A stretch of DNA of 39,121 nucleotides from Malacoraja senta. Its lineage: Eukaryota. This document shows positions 11,061 through 21,760 of this stretch, in pieces; the first letter of the stretch is position 1; the number at the start of each line of letters is the position of its first letter. The stretch spans positions 1 through 39,121 of the forward strand of contig JAXLNO010004702.1 in assembly GCA_038087875.1 (NCBI GenBank), written 5' to 3'. The notes under the pieces are model-generated. The model was not told the origin of the DNA. It made no database searches and saw only the letters and a list, made by a program, of their open reading frames with translations. The position numbers and the translations under genes were made by a program.

Positions 11061-11699
11061 ATGCCTCAGACAGAATTCAGGTGATGTGCACTTTCAATAA
11101 AGAAGTGACTTCTGCATTAGTAGGTGTTCCACCTCTCCAAGATTTCCTCAGCTGGTGTTAGACACCCACATGATGGTAAAATTCAGCCTGCATTAAATGA
11201 CCAATCAATGTTGTGTTAATGTTGTTGCCATCTTGTTGTTTGTTGCATGCTTCCTGTCCTGCAGACCCTATCCATTACCCCATCACCACTTCCCCAGAAG
11301 ACGATAATGAGATTTAAGAAGCTTGAGGATAGGCACGTGGATATGCAGGGAATTGAGGGATATGAATCATCTACAAGCATGAAGAGTTTAGTTGAACTTG
11401 ACATCATGTTCGGCACAGACATTGTGGCCGAACTCCAGCCCATTACACCCTTAATGAACAAAAATCTATCAATCTCAATCTGGAAATTTTCAAGTGGGCA
11501 ACATATTCAACAGATTACAGAATCGAGAACCAGAGGACATAGGTTTAAATTGAGGGGGGAAAGATTGAATGGGAATCTGATGAGCAATTTCTTCCCACAC
11601 AATGGTACCTTTCTAACTATTCTGACATTCGTCAAGGCTTGGAGATTACAAACCTACTCGTCCTGAAAGTTTCATCCCATTGTTATCAAATGAAAGTAA

Positions 11700-12640
11700 A
11701 TATAATGGTGTTAAAGAAGGAACTGCAGATGCTGGAAAATCGAAGGTACACAAAAATGCTGGAGAAACTCAGCGGGTGCAGCAGCATCTATGGAGCGAAG
11801 GAAATAGGCAACGTTTCGGGCCGAAACCATATAATGGTGATGGCCATGTTGAAATAATAACATATAAAACAAAAATCCTCGGCTGTGGAGTGTTTTGCGA
11901 AGCCACATGGATTTTATCGTTACTGTATTCCACTCTTAGCCGTCTTATGTTTCTCCTGGTAACACTGAAACAGACACTTCTAACTCTGCCCTCGGGGCCC
12001 CTTCTCACTTCACTTAAACACATGAACTTTGACACTGTCTGGTGTGCTGCATGTAATCTTTATCACAGAACAAATACTGCTTATGCATGTGGAAACAAGA
12101 AACTGCACATGCTGGTTAATACACATAAAATACTGGAGTAATTCAGCAGGTCAGGCAGTATGTCTGGAGAACATGGTTAGGTGATGTTTCAGTTGACACA
12201 AGTGTAGGAAGGAAGTGCAGATGTGTAAGAAGGAACTGCAGAAGCTGATTTAAACCGAAGATAGACAATAAAGCTGGAGTAACTCAGCGGCACAGGCAGC
12301 ATCCCTAGAGAGAAGGTATGGGTGACGTTTCGGGTCGAGACCCTTCTTCTGACTGCTGATGCAGATGCTGGTTTACACCGAAGATAGATACAAAAGGCTG
12401 GAGTAACTCAGCAAGTCAGGCAGCATCGCTGGAGAAAAGGAATAGGTGGAGTTTCAGGTCAAGACACTGCATCAGACAGAGTCGGGGGTGCATATATTTC
12501 ATTGTACTTTGTCATATCTCTCGGTTCTCTGTCCCCTGACTCTCATTCTGAAGAAGGGTCTCGACACGAAACGTCACCTTTTCCTTTTCTCCGGAGATGC
12601 TGCCTGACCCACTGAGTTACTCCAGTATTTTGTGTCGAGT
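11700..12640. mobile_element. Cluster of Penelope-like terminal repeat fragments in both orientations
   Basis: Repeated AAGGAACTGCAGATGCTGG / GCTGGAGTAACTCAGC..GGCAGCATC blocks. Hammerhead-like motifs at 12324-12351 (-) and 12548-12575 (+). Confidence 0.7.
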
Positions 12641-13012
12641 TTCAATTTAGGCCCTGTTTATCTCAGTCTCCACCACCCCCCCCCCATCTCTATGAGCTGT
12701 GTTGCAGCTGCCTATGAGGACCTGGACTCAATCCTGATCTCTTACAACCTGGCTTTTTTTTCCCCCTGCAAACGTGTGTTTGCTATGGTTATTCCAGTTT
12801 CCCCGCACGTCCCCAAAATGCCGGGCTGAAAGGTAAATTGGCCAGTGTGAATTGGTCATGCATATGTATTAGAATTGGTGGAGGGGATGAGGGAGGTGTT
12901 AATGGGAGATTGGCAAATATTAAAAGGGTTAGCGTACCACAGGTATAAATAGGTGTTTGATGGTCACCACGAACTTGGTGGGCTAAAGGGCCTTTTATGT
13001 GCTGTACCCAGT

Positions 13013-13144
13013 GGACATAAGTTTAAGATGAGGGGGGAATGATTTAATAGGAACCTGAGGCATAGCATTGTTACACAAAGGGTGGTGGGTGTACTGAATG
13101 AACTGCCGGAGAAGGTAGTTCAGGCGCGTACTATCACGACATTT
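13013..13144 (+). mobile_element. Left part of the CR1 fragment split by the L1 (continues at 19753-~20000)
   Basis: GGTGGTGGGTGTACTGAATGAACTGCCGGAGAAGGTAG joins across the TSD to GACATTTAAGAATCATTTAATCAGGTACATGGATAGG. Confidence 0.8.
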
Positions 13145-13555
13145 TTTTTTAATTTTTTTTTTTAAATAATTTTTTTAATAGAAGTACGGTAGATTACAGT
13201 AATGTACAACACGTATATATTAATACATTTTTTGTACCGCTTCACTTTTTTAAACTTTAAGAAAGAAAAAGAAAGAAGTAAGAAAAGTGAAGAAAGTGCG
13301 CAAAGGTTGTGAAGTGCAAAAGAGTGTTGGGAAAAGAAAGCCCCTTAGAAAAGAAGTTAGAGAAGGAAGTAAAGTTAGAAAATAGACCCTAGAAAAGAAA
13401 GAGAAAGAAAGAAGGAACAATCGCTCTATTATAACTCTTATAACATACTTCATAGAGAAGGAACTACCAACCAAGTCTGTTTTTGTTTTACCTCCCATTA
13501 CCAGGTCCAGATACCTTTTATTTATTTATTTGTTTTTCTAAATTACTATTGCACC

Positions 13556-16500
13556 TCATGCTTGTAATAGGTCCAAAAACGTAGACCACGTCTTTTGAAA
13601 TTGGTCTACTTTGCCTACTAGGAGGAATCTCATCTCTTCCAGATGTAATGTTTCCAACATATTTGATGTCCACATTTTTATTGTTGGTGTGGGCGCATTT
13701 TTCCAGAATTTAAGTATAAGCTTTTTTCCCATTATTAGCCCATAATTGAGTAAATTCTTCTGATACACGTTTAATTCAGGAATACCTTCCGATATTCCAA
13801 AAATAATCCATTCTGGTTTTGGTACCAGTTTTATTTTGATTAATTTTGAAAAAATATCAAATATTTCAAACCAGAATTTTTGGATTTTTGTACAAAAAAC
13901 AAAATAATGTGCTATGGTAGCTTCTTGACATATACATTTATCACAGATTGGTGAGACGTTAGGAAAGATTTTATTTAGTTTGGTTTTTGAATAATATAAT
14001 CTATGTAATGTTTTAAATTGGATAAGCGTATGTCGTACGTTGATCGAGCATTTATGCACCTGTAATAAATGATTATCCCAACTCTCTTTTGAAATTTTTA
14101 TACCTAGATCTTGTTCCCAATCTCTTCTAATTCCATCTGTTGTGGGTATTTCTATGTTTAAGATGATATTATATAAGTATGATATTAAATTAACTGATTC
14201 CGCCTTTGTCTTCATTGCTTCATCTAGTAAGTCGGAAGGCATATTATAATAATCTTTTGTGTGTGTTTTCAAATAGTCACAGATTTGTAGATATTTAAAA
14301 TATTGATTCTTTTTCAAATTATATTTCAGTTGTAGTTGTTGAAATGATAGTAATTTTTCTAATTCATACAGATCTTCGAGCGTTTTGATTCCCATTCTTT
14401 CCCATTGTATAAATGATTTATCTATGATTGAAGGTTTAAACGATGGGTTATTGACTATTGGTATTAAGAGAGATAGGTTTCTTAATTTTAGATTCTGTTT
14501 TATTTGCTTCCATGTTCTAATAGTGGTATATATGATTGGATTTTTATTATAATTTTTATTATTCAAATTTATTGGAGAGAGAATAATCGCTCCTATATTA
14601 TTCGGGGAGCAATCCCCTTTTTCCATTATAATCCAGTCCACCTGCTGGGCAGAATTGTCCAGCAGGTGAATCATATTTTTAATATTTACTGCCCAGTTAT
14701 AATACATAAAGTTAGGGAGCGCTAGACCCCCCAACTCTTTTCGTTTGTTAAGGTGTGTTCTTTGTATTCTGTGGGATTTGTAATCCCATATAAAATTTGT
14801 AATGTCTGAGTCCAGTTTTTTGAAAAACTTTTTTGGGAGATATATAGGTATTGATTGAAATAGGTAAAGGATTTGTGGTAAGAAAATCATTTTTATAGCA
14901 TTTATCCTACCTATTAAGGACATCGGAAGTGTTTTCCAAAATTTAATCAAATTATTTAATTTCTTAAGTAGGGGATTATAATTAGCTTTAAACATATCAT
15001 GGTAATTTCTAGTAATCTCAATTCCTAAATATTTGAATTTTTCCATAGCTATTTTAAAAGGGAATTTCCTGAGATGTGTTGAGTCTTTTGGTTTAATCGA
15101 CATAATTTCACTTTTGTTCCAATTTATTCTATATCCTGAAAAGGATCCAAAGTCCTCAATTAAGTTTAATATATTTGGTATACTAATTTGTGGTTTTGTG
15201 ATGTACAGTAGTACATCATCAGCATATAGGGATAGTTTGTTGTTTGAATATTTTGTGTTATAACCGTGAATATTCGAGTGTGTTCTTATTTTTTCAGCAA
15301 GGGGTTCAATTACCAAAGCAAATAACAGCGGTGATAGTGAACATCCTTGTCTGTTGCCCCTAGATAATTCGAATTTTGAAGATAATATATTATTAGTTAG
15401 TATTCTAGCCGTAGGTTTGTTATATAGTAGTTTTATCCATGCAATAAAGTTTTCTCCCAATTGGAATTTTTGCAATACTTTGATCATATAGTCCCATTCT
15501 ACTTGATCAAACGCTTTTTCTGCGTCCAGTGAGATGATAGCTAACTCTTGGTCATAAGATTTATGTGAATGCATTATGTTAAGCAAACGTCTCAAATTAT
15601 TAAATGAGTGTCTCTTAGGTATAAATCCTGTTTGATCCTCATGTATTAGTCTACTAACATACTTGCTTAATCTATTGGCTAATGTTTTTGCTATTATTTT
15701 CTGATCCGTATTTAACAAAGCAATAGCTCTATATGATCCTGGTTCTTCTATATTTTTATCTTTTTTAAGTATTAATATGATCGTTGATTCCGCTAGTGTT
15801 TCAGGTAGGTTTTGCACTTTATAAGCATATGTATAATTTTTTTGTAATCGTGGAGTAACTATATCATAAAAAGATTTATAAAATTCATTACTGAATCCGT
15901 CTGGTCCTGGTGTTTTTCCATTTTTTAGTGTTTTTATTGTGTCTTCTATCTCCTTAGAAGTAATTTGTGCTCCCAGTTCCTCTTGTTCCCTGCGTTCTAA
16001 TTGTGGTAGATTACAATTATCTAAAAATTCTGAGATTTTATTATTGTCTATTGACGTTTTAGATGTGTATAGATTCTGGTAAAATTGAGCAAATCTTTTA
16101 TTAATATCCTTGGGTAGTGTTAATACTTCCCCTCTATCTGATTTAATCTTTAATATTGCATTCTCTTTTTCCCGTTTTTTAAGTTGTCGTGCTAGAAGTT
16201 TGTGGGGTTTGTCCCCGAATTCGAAGTGTTCTTGTTTTGTGATTTGAAATAATGTTATAACTTTCTCTGACAGTAATTTATTTAACTGAAATTTCAGTAG
16301 TAGTATTTTATTATGTTTATCCATAGTTGGGTCTTTAGCATTATCTATATCTAACTGTTTTATTTGATCTTCTAAGTATCTTTGTTCATTCTTATTCTTT
16401 TTATTTTGATAAGCTTGAAATGAAATAATGACTCCTCTTATAAATGCTTTGAAGGATTCCCATAATAACGTGGGGGATATCTCTGGTGTATCATTTAACT

Positions 16501-17347
16501 CAAAAAATAGATCCATCTGTTTTTTTAGATAGATACTCCCTTGAGGGTCTTTTAAAATTTGTGAGTTAAACCTCCAGAACGGTTTATTCATAGACATTCC
16601 TTCTAGTTTTAGAACAAAAGTTAACGGAGAATGATCTGAGATCGTATTAATATGATATTTAGGATTCAGAGATTGCGGAATTAATTTTGTATCCACAAGA
16701 AAATAGTCTATCCGTGAATATGTTTTATGCACCATTGAATAAAACGAGTAATCCCTTCCCGTCGGGTTTGCAATCCTCCATACATCTGTTATATTTGTGT
16801 TTTCCATATATGTGTGTAAGAGTTCACTGGTTTTAGATTTCGTCTGACCTTTTTGTTTTTGCATCGATTTATCTAAATAAGGATCTAAAACACAATTAAA
16901 ATCTCCTCCGATTATAACATTTTGATAATTAGATTCTGCAATTATATTCAGAATTTTATTAAAAAATTGAGGGTTATCAAAGTTGGGCGCATATATGTTT
17001 ACCAGCGTAATTGGCATATTATTGATCTCCCCTGCTACTATAAGATATCTCCCTTCCTTATCTAAAATAGTGTTCTTTGATTTAAATGGAATTCCTTTAC
17101 GAATAATAATTGCAGTACCTCTAGATTTGGAGGTAAATGAAGAGTGAAATGTTTGGCCTATCCAGTTCGCCCTCAGTCTTGTCTGATCTTGCTGTTTAAG
17201 ATGTGTTTCCTGTAGAAACGCAATGTCCGTGTTGTATGATTTCAACTGAGCTAGTATCTTGCCCCTTTTAATAGGTTCATTAATCCCCCTTATATTCCAA
17301 CTACATAATGTGATTCCTCCTATTTTCTTTTGATTGTCGTCATGCAT
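13556..17347 (-). CDS. L1 ORF2p (APE endonuclease, reverse transcriptase, C-terminal Cys/His domain), 1263 aa
   Basis: SWNIRG, LQETH, GGDFN, SDHSP, PGPDG, LDAEKAFD, RQGCSLSP, YADD, KYLG, CDKC..H....C; no interruptions. Confidence 0.97.
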   Translation of the reverse strand: MHDDNQKKIGGITLCSWNIRGINEPIKRGKILAQLKSYNTDIAFLQETHLKQQDQTRLRANWIGQTFHSSFTSKSRGTAIIIRKGIPFKSKNTILDKEGRYLIVAGEINNMPITLVNIYAPNFDNPQFFNKILNIIAESNYQNVIIGGDFNCVLDPYLDKSMQKQKGQTKSKTSELLHTYMENTNITDVWRIANPTGRDYSFYSMVHKTYSRIDYFLVDTKLIPQSLNPKYHINTISDHSPLTFVLKLEGMSMNKPFWRFNSQILKDPQGSIYLKKQMDLFFELNDTPEISPTLLWESFKAFIRGVIISFQAYQNKKNKNEQRYLEDQIKQLDIDNAKDPTMDKHNKILLLKFQLNKLLSEKVITLFQITKQEHFEFGDKPHKLLARQLKKREKENAILKIKSDRGEVLTLPKDINKRFAQFYQNLYTSKTSIDNNKISEFLDNCNLPQLERREQEELGAQITSKEIEDTIKTLKNGKTPGPDGFSNEFYKSFYDIVTPRLQKNYTYAYKVQNLPETLAESTIILILKKDKNIEEPGSYRAIALLNTDQKIIAKTLANRLSKYVSRLIHEDQTGFIPKRHSFNNLRRLLNIMHSHKSYDQELAIISLDAEKAFDQVEWDYMIKVLQKFQLGENFIAWIKLLYNKPTARILTNNILSSKFELSRGNRQGCSLSPLLFALVIEPLAEKIRTHSNIHGYNTKYSNNKLSLYADDVLLYITKPQISIPNILNLIEDFGSFSGYRINWNKSEIMSIKPKDSTHLRKFPFKIAMEKFKYLGIEITRNYHDMFKANYNPLLKKLNNLIKFWKTLPMSLIGRINAIKMIFLPQILYLFQSIPIYLPKKFFKKLDSDITNFIWDYKSHRIQRTHLNKRKELGGLALPNFMYYNWAVNIKNMIHLLDNSAQQVDWIIMEKGDCSPNNIGAIILSPINLNNKNYNKNPIIYTTIRTWKQIKQNLKLRNLSLLIPIVNNPSFKPSIIDKSFIQWERMGIKTLEDLYELEKLLSFQQLQLKYNLKKNQYFKYLQICDYLKTHTKDYYNMPSDLLDEAMKTKAESVNLISYLYNIILNIEIPTTDGIRRDWEQDLGIKISKESWDNHLLQVHKCSINVRHTLIQFKTLHRLYYSKTKLNKIFPNVSPICDKCICQEATIAHYFVFCTKIQKFWFEIFDIFSKLIKIKLVPKPEWIIFGISEGIPELNVYQKNLLNYGLIMGKKLILKFWKNAPTPTIKMWTSNMLETLHLEEMRFLLVGKVDQFQKTWSTFLDLLQA

Positions 17348-17744
17348 TTTTACCAGTTTTAATGACCTTAATTATTATGGTGCGTTCATACCTCCGGACT
17401 CTGGTTATTTTGGGAGTATTTCTATTATAGACTTCCTTGGTAGTTCTCCTGCGCGATTGTCCTTGAAGAAAAAACACACAGATGTGACATATTGTGATTA
17501 AAAAAAATATATATAAATCAAATAAATTTACGGTGTCTAAAATTTCAACACCGTAGTGAGTGGCCCACTCGTCTGTGGGGTACGACATCCATAACGCTTC
17601 CGGCGTAGTTGGTATAAAGTTAGCCCCGCTGTATTTATTACCCAAAATCTATGGGGTCATTACCGTTTCCAATTCAGTTCTATTTCACCCAGTTACAATT
17701 TATATATATGTCAAATGTATTCGATTCCATATCCTACTCACTCT

Positions 17745-18335
17745 TTATCTCTTAACTATTTTAAAATGAATTTAGTATTGTTAAAGTGAGCGGTTTACTG
17801 AGTGGATTAACCGGAGTCAGGTTCCTGGAATTGTGCCAGGTGCCTGATCTCCTCTCCTCTCCACGAGCTGCGAACATATGTGATAACTGCTGTCTGCGTT
17901 ATGACGCAGGCACCACAGTTTTATCAGTTTCAAATATTATTTCTATATTAGTATTGTTAATTATTAATTATGATTAATTCTCAGCATTTTGTAAAACTAT
18001 ATAAGCCGTATATATTTTTCATACCAACCTCGAGTGTATATTATCTCTTAACTATTTTAAATTGGTTTTAATATTGTTAAAAATGAGCTGTTCGCTGGAA
18101 GGGTTAACGGGAGTCTGGCTCCTGGAGTTATGCCAGGTACCCGGTCTCCCCCTCCCTCCACTCTCGAGCTGCATAGCACTTGCTGTTATCTGCTAAACAG
18201 AGCAGGCTGCACATTTTGTATCTATTTCAATTGCTATTTCTATATTAGTATTGTTAATTATTAATTATTATTAGTTCTGTTTTTTCAGTTTTTTATAAAC
18301 AATACAAGCCATGTGATGTTTTTCACTCTCAGCCC
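17745..18335. repeat. Diverged 296-bp tandem duplication in the L1 inter-ORF spacer
   Basis: TTATCTCTTAACTATTTTAAA at 17745 and 18041, and TTTCTATATTAGTATTGTTAATTATTAATTA in both units. Confidence 0.85.
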
Positions 18336-18563
18336 AGCAGTTCGTCCCGTGTTATCAGGTTTTCCTCGTTTGAGCACGTAGTGTCCTTGAATTACATAGC
18401 ACAATGTTCCAGCGAAGATAATAATGTCTAGCCACGTCTCACTAAGAATCTGTTGCTTGAAGTCAAATAAAAAATAAAAAATCAGTGTTCAGTTAATTCA
18501 CTTTCCTTGTGATACTCTTGTTGGGAGAATAAGCAAGTTCGTTTGTTCATGTCGTCTTGGTTT

Positions 18564-19559
18564 TCAATCTCCAGTTGATGCAGCCTTAGTCGCGATTTCT
18601 TGAGCGTATTTGAGAGATTCATTCGAATTAGTGAATGTTTTTGACACTCCCTCAAAGGTAATACGCATTCTAGCCGGATAGAACACTCCACACAAAACTC
18701 CCTTAACACCATAAAGAACTTCTCTGGTCTGTGAGAACTTTCTTCTCTTTTGCTCAATCTCATAAGGGTAGTCCCGTAGGAGTTTAATAGTATCACCTCT
18801 GTACATCATCTTCTCTCCGTGGTTGATTTTTTTCATCAGCGCTTCCATTGTTGAGATATCCCGAGGTTTAATTATGATCTGTCGTGGGTAGGCATGTTCT
18901 CCTTGAGATCTTGATTTAAATCTGGGGAGTCGATGTGCTACTTCAATTACAGGTACTTCTGGTAGCTTCAGTACGTGTTTAATTAGGTTGGCAGCGAACT
19001 CACAAACATTGTCCCCCTCAGCTCCCTCTTTTACACCACGTATTCTTATATTTTGACGTCTTGAGCGAGCTTCTAGGTCAACACATTTATTCGAAACCTT
19101 TGTGACTTGGTTCTTGAGACTATCTATTTCTGACTTCATAGTCTGCATCTCTCCAGCCATCACTTCCACAGCAGCTTCCAAATCTTTCACTGCAGATGCA
19201 TTTGCAGCCACAGTTTCGTGCACAGCCTCAAACATCTTTGTGGTCTCTTCTGCCAGCTTTTCAATTTTTATCGATAATCCTTTTTCCACACCTTCAATTC
19301 TTTTTTGGAGAGCCTCAATACCCTCAAGTATTTTATCATTACCGGCCATCAATTTACTGTTCCCAGCTTCCATATCATTTTTGATATCTCTTACCGAGTT
19401 TCTTAAGTCCTCCATTTCGGCTTTCTCTTTTGCAGATCGAGTAGCCATTCCAGAGACCTCTCCAGAGGTCAGTTCTGAAGTTTCTTGCTGTTCCAGAGTC
19501 TTCAGCAGATGTTTTGAGATTTTCCTCTGTGGGCTCTGACCTGGAGATGTACTTTTCAT
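18564..19559 (-). CDS. L1 ORF1p (coiled coil, RRM, CTD), 331 aa
   Basis: Heptad-rich N-terminal half, then DLEARSRRQNIRIRGVKEG, AHRL, PRQIII and FYPARMRI. Confidence 0.95.
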   Translation of the reverse strand: MKSTSPGQSPQRKISKHLLKTLEQQETSELTSGEVSGMATRSAKEKAEMEDLRNSVRDIKNDMEAGNSKLMAGNDKILEGIEALQKRIEGVEKGLSIKIEKLAEETTKMFEAVHETVAANASAVKDLEAAVEVMAGEMQTMKSEIDSLKNQVTKVSNKCVDLEARSRRQNIRIRGVKEGAEGDNVCEFAANLIKHVLKLPEVPVIEVAHRLPRFKSRSQGEHAYPRQIIIKPRDISTMEALMKKINHGEKMMYRGDTIKLLRDYPYEIEQKRRKFSQTREVLYGVKGVLCGVFYPARMRITFEGVSKTFTNSNESLKYAQEIATKAASTGD

Positions 19560-19752
19560 TTAAAATGACTTTCCCTCCGTTAAAATCGCGGCGCTTACTG
19601 ATGACGTCATCAGCACCGCGACATGAAGCTCCGGTAAGTTTTTAAAAACGGTCCCGACCTCCAGACCCGATTTTAACGCGAAAAAACGCGTTTTTTTCAG
19701 CGGAGCTAAAAAGTTTGCGACTGCTAACAGAGCATGACGCAACCGGAAGATC
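19560..19752 (-). promoter_or_regulatory. L1 5'UTR / internal promoter, CpG-rich
   Basis: 193 nt with many CpGs. 16-bp palindromes CTGATGACGTCATCAG (19598-19613, containing the CRE TGACGTCA) and AAAAAACGCGTTTTTT (19681-19696). ETS-like CTTCCGG at the 5' end. Confidence 0.7.
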
Positions 19753-20317
19753 ACTATCACGACATTTAAGAATCATTTAATCAGGTACATGGATAGGATA
19801 GGCTTATAAGGATATGGGCCTCAGTCAGCTGTAGAGCCCACATCAATGGATATTTCTCAGGTGGAGATTAACAGATTCTTGATCAGTATGGGTTTCAAGG
19901 GTTATGGGGTGCAGGCAGGAGAATGTGGTTGATAGGGAGAGATAGCTCAGCCATGATTGAATGGCCGATGGGCTGAATGGCCTAATTATTCTCCTAGAAC
20001 TTATGTACTGATGAAATACAGGCAGTGTAGATGAGGCATGTTGGTTGGTGTGGCAAGTTGAGCCATAGGCCCTGCTTCCCTGCTGTATGACTCTTTGACT
20101 TTACCTCTCTATGATTCTATAAAGTCTCCTTGACATTGTCCAGTTTCTTAATATAATAAAATATTCTTCAAATTTTGGAATATTGTAACTAGTAGAACCT
20201 ATCGACATGATAGACAATAATAGATCTTTGAAGATGGGAAACAATCCAGTAGGATCATTCAATACCTCGACCATAATTGGTGGAGTAGGTATCAGAGCCC
20301 ATCATGCCAACTCTTGA

Positions 20318-20630
20318 AGAAGGCTCAGTGGTGCAGCGGTAGACTTACTCGATTACAGCACCATAGACCCAGGTTGGATCCTGATTACGGATGCTGTCTG
20401 TACGGAGTTTGTCCATTCTCCCCATTACCGTGTGGGTTTTTCCCGAGATGTTCGGATTCTTCCCACATTCCAAAGACGTATAGGTTTGTAGGTTAATTGG
20501 CTTGGTCTAGAATGTAAATTGTCCCTAGTGTGTGTAGGCTAGTGTTATTGTGTGGGGGTTGCTGGTCAGTGTGGACTCGCACGAAGGGCCTGTTTCCATG
20601 CTGTATCTCTAAGCTAAAAACTAAACTAAA
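20318..20630 (+). mobile_element. V-SINE (HE1-like)
   Basis: tRNA-like head GGCTCAGTGGTGCAGCGGTAG, V-domain and CTAAA tail. Confidence 0.85.
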
Positions 20631-20820
20631 GGCTCCTGACCCAAATTGTCACCTGATCATTGATGCTGCCTGCCCCACTGAGTTCATCCAGCACTTGCAT
20701 CTGCAGGTCCTTGTGACTCCCTTATTCAAAGTTATTGTATTGTTATCAGTTTTAGCATTAATAACTTAGTTATTTTCAGTGAATGATACAATCATACTTA
20801 TTTTTGTTTATGCATTGCAG

Positions 20821-21081
20821 ATTTACACCATCTTGCATTTTACTACCTGTTGAACCATGGATTGAATGAGCTGCCTGAGTACAGTATGGTAGCAATGCTG
20901 GATGACGTCCAGATAGCATATTTTGACAGCACACTAGAGCGGGCTGTTCCCAGACAGCGATGGATGGCCCAGTCTTTCCCGCAGGATCACTGGGATTCAA
21001 TGGCCATCACAGTTGCAGGTTTTCATGGGATTGTCAGAGGAAATGCTGAGATAGTCTACCAACAGCAACATGGTATCTCGA
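20821..21081 (+). CDS. MHC class I-like exon 2 (alpha1)
   Basis: ttgcag|ATTTACAC...TCGA|gtaagt; 261 nt, phase 1-1. Encodes DLHHLAFYY...LPEYSMVAMLDDVQIAYFDS...VPRQRWM...HWD, a typical class I alpha1. Confidence 0.93.
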
Positions 21082-21179
21082 GTAAGTGTCGTGAGCGGAC
21101 CTGGGGTAGACACTCAGTGATGACACAGATGGATTTTGTTTTAGTTTTATTGTTGACACATGATTCTCTGATACACTTT

Positions 21180-21760
21180 TTTTGCGTTAGTCAATCACAT
21201 CAAAGAAAACTATTCATAAATACAATCAAACCAAACTCGTACAATAGGTAGAGCAAAGAGTGCAGAATGTAGTTCTCAGCATTGTAATGTACCAGTGCCA
21301 GAGACAAAGTCCAGTGTCTACAATGGGGTTGAGGTGAACCCTAGCATAAGGGAGGACTGTTCAGAAACCTGATAACATAGGGGAGGAAACAGTTACTGAG
21401 TCTGGTGGTGCACGCTTTAATGCTTACGTACCTTCTGCAGGAAGAAGGAGTGACCAGAACGGGACAAATCTTTGATTATGTTGTCTGCTTTCCTGAACCA
21501 GTTGAAATACAGATGGATTCACTGGTGGGGAATCATGTTTGTGTGATCGATTGTGCTACATCTCCACCTCTCTGCAATTTCCAGCGGTCTTGGGCAGAAC
21601 TCTTTCCAAACTAAGTTGTGATGCAACCTGTCAGTATGCTTTCTATGGCACATTTGTAGAAGTTTGTAAGAGTCATTGGAGATGCCGCATTTCCTTAGTC
21701 TCCTGAGGCAGTAGGGGAACCAGAAACTCTCAACCTTTTTCACTTCAGCACCATTGATGC
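21180..21760 (-). mobile_element. Rex/Babar-like LINE 3' fragment
   Basis: Minus translation YCLRRLRKCGIS...YKLLQM resembles the LYFLRRLRKFG motif, frameshifted. Confidence 0.65.

Larger units (their letters stand above)
13145..19752 (-). mobile_element. Full-length L1 retrotransposon (6.6 kb), antisense in intron 1
   Basis: 15-bp TSD ACTATCACGACATTT at 13130-13144 and 19753-19767. The T-tract from 13142 is the polyA. Minus-strand target CTT/AAAT fits the L1 endonuclease preference. 5' end GATCTTCCGG, two intact ORFs. Confidence 0.97.

Noticed and set aside
17520-17640. Twister, HDV or hammerhead ribozyme in the L1 spacer (GGGGC-TAA...TACCCC on the minus strand)
   Set aside because: Required core and pseudoknot nucleotides are not found in the right order.
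19102-19539. 145-aa antisense ORF overlapping L1 ORF1 (ORF0-like?)
   Set aside because: It mirrors the coiled-coil codons of ORF1, has a non-ATG start and lies within ORF1 rather than the 5'UTR.
20850-21251. ORF-track proteins 20850-21251, 22765-23127 and 32349-32624 as standalone genes
   Set aside because: They are single exons read into flanking intron or transposon sequence; the spliced model explains them.
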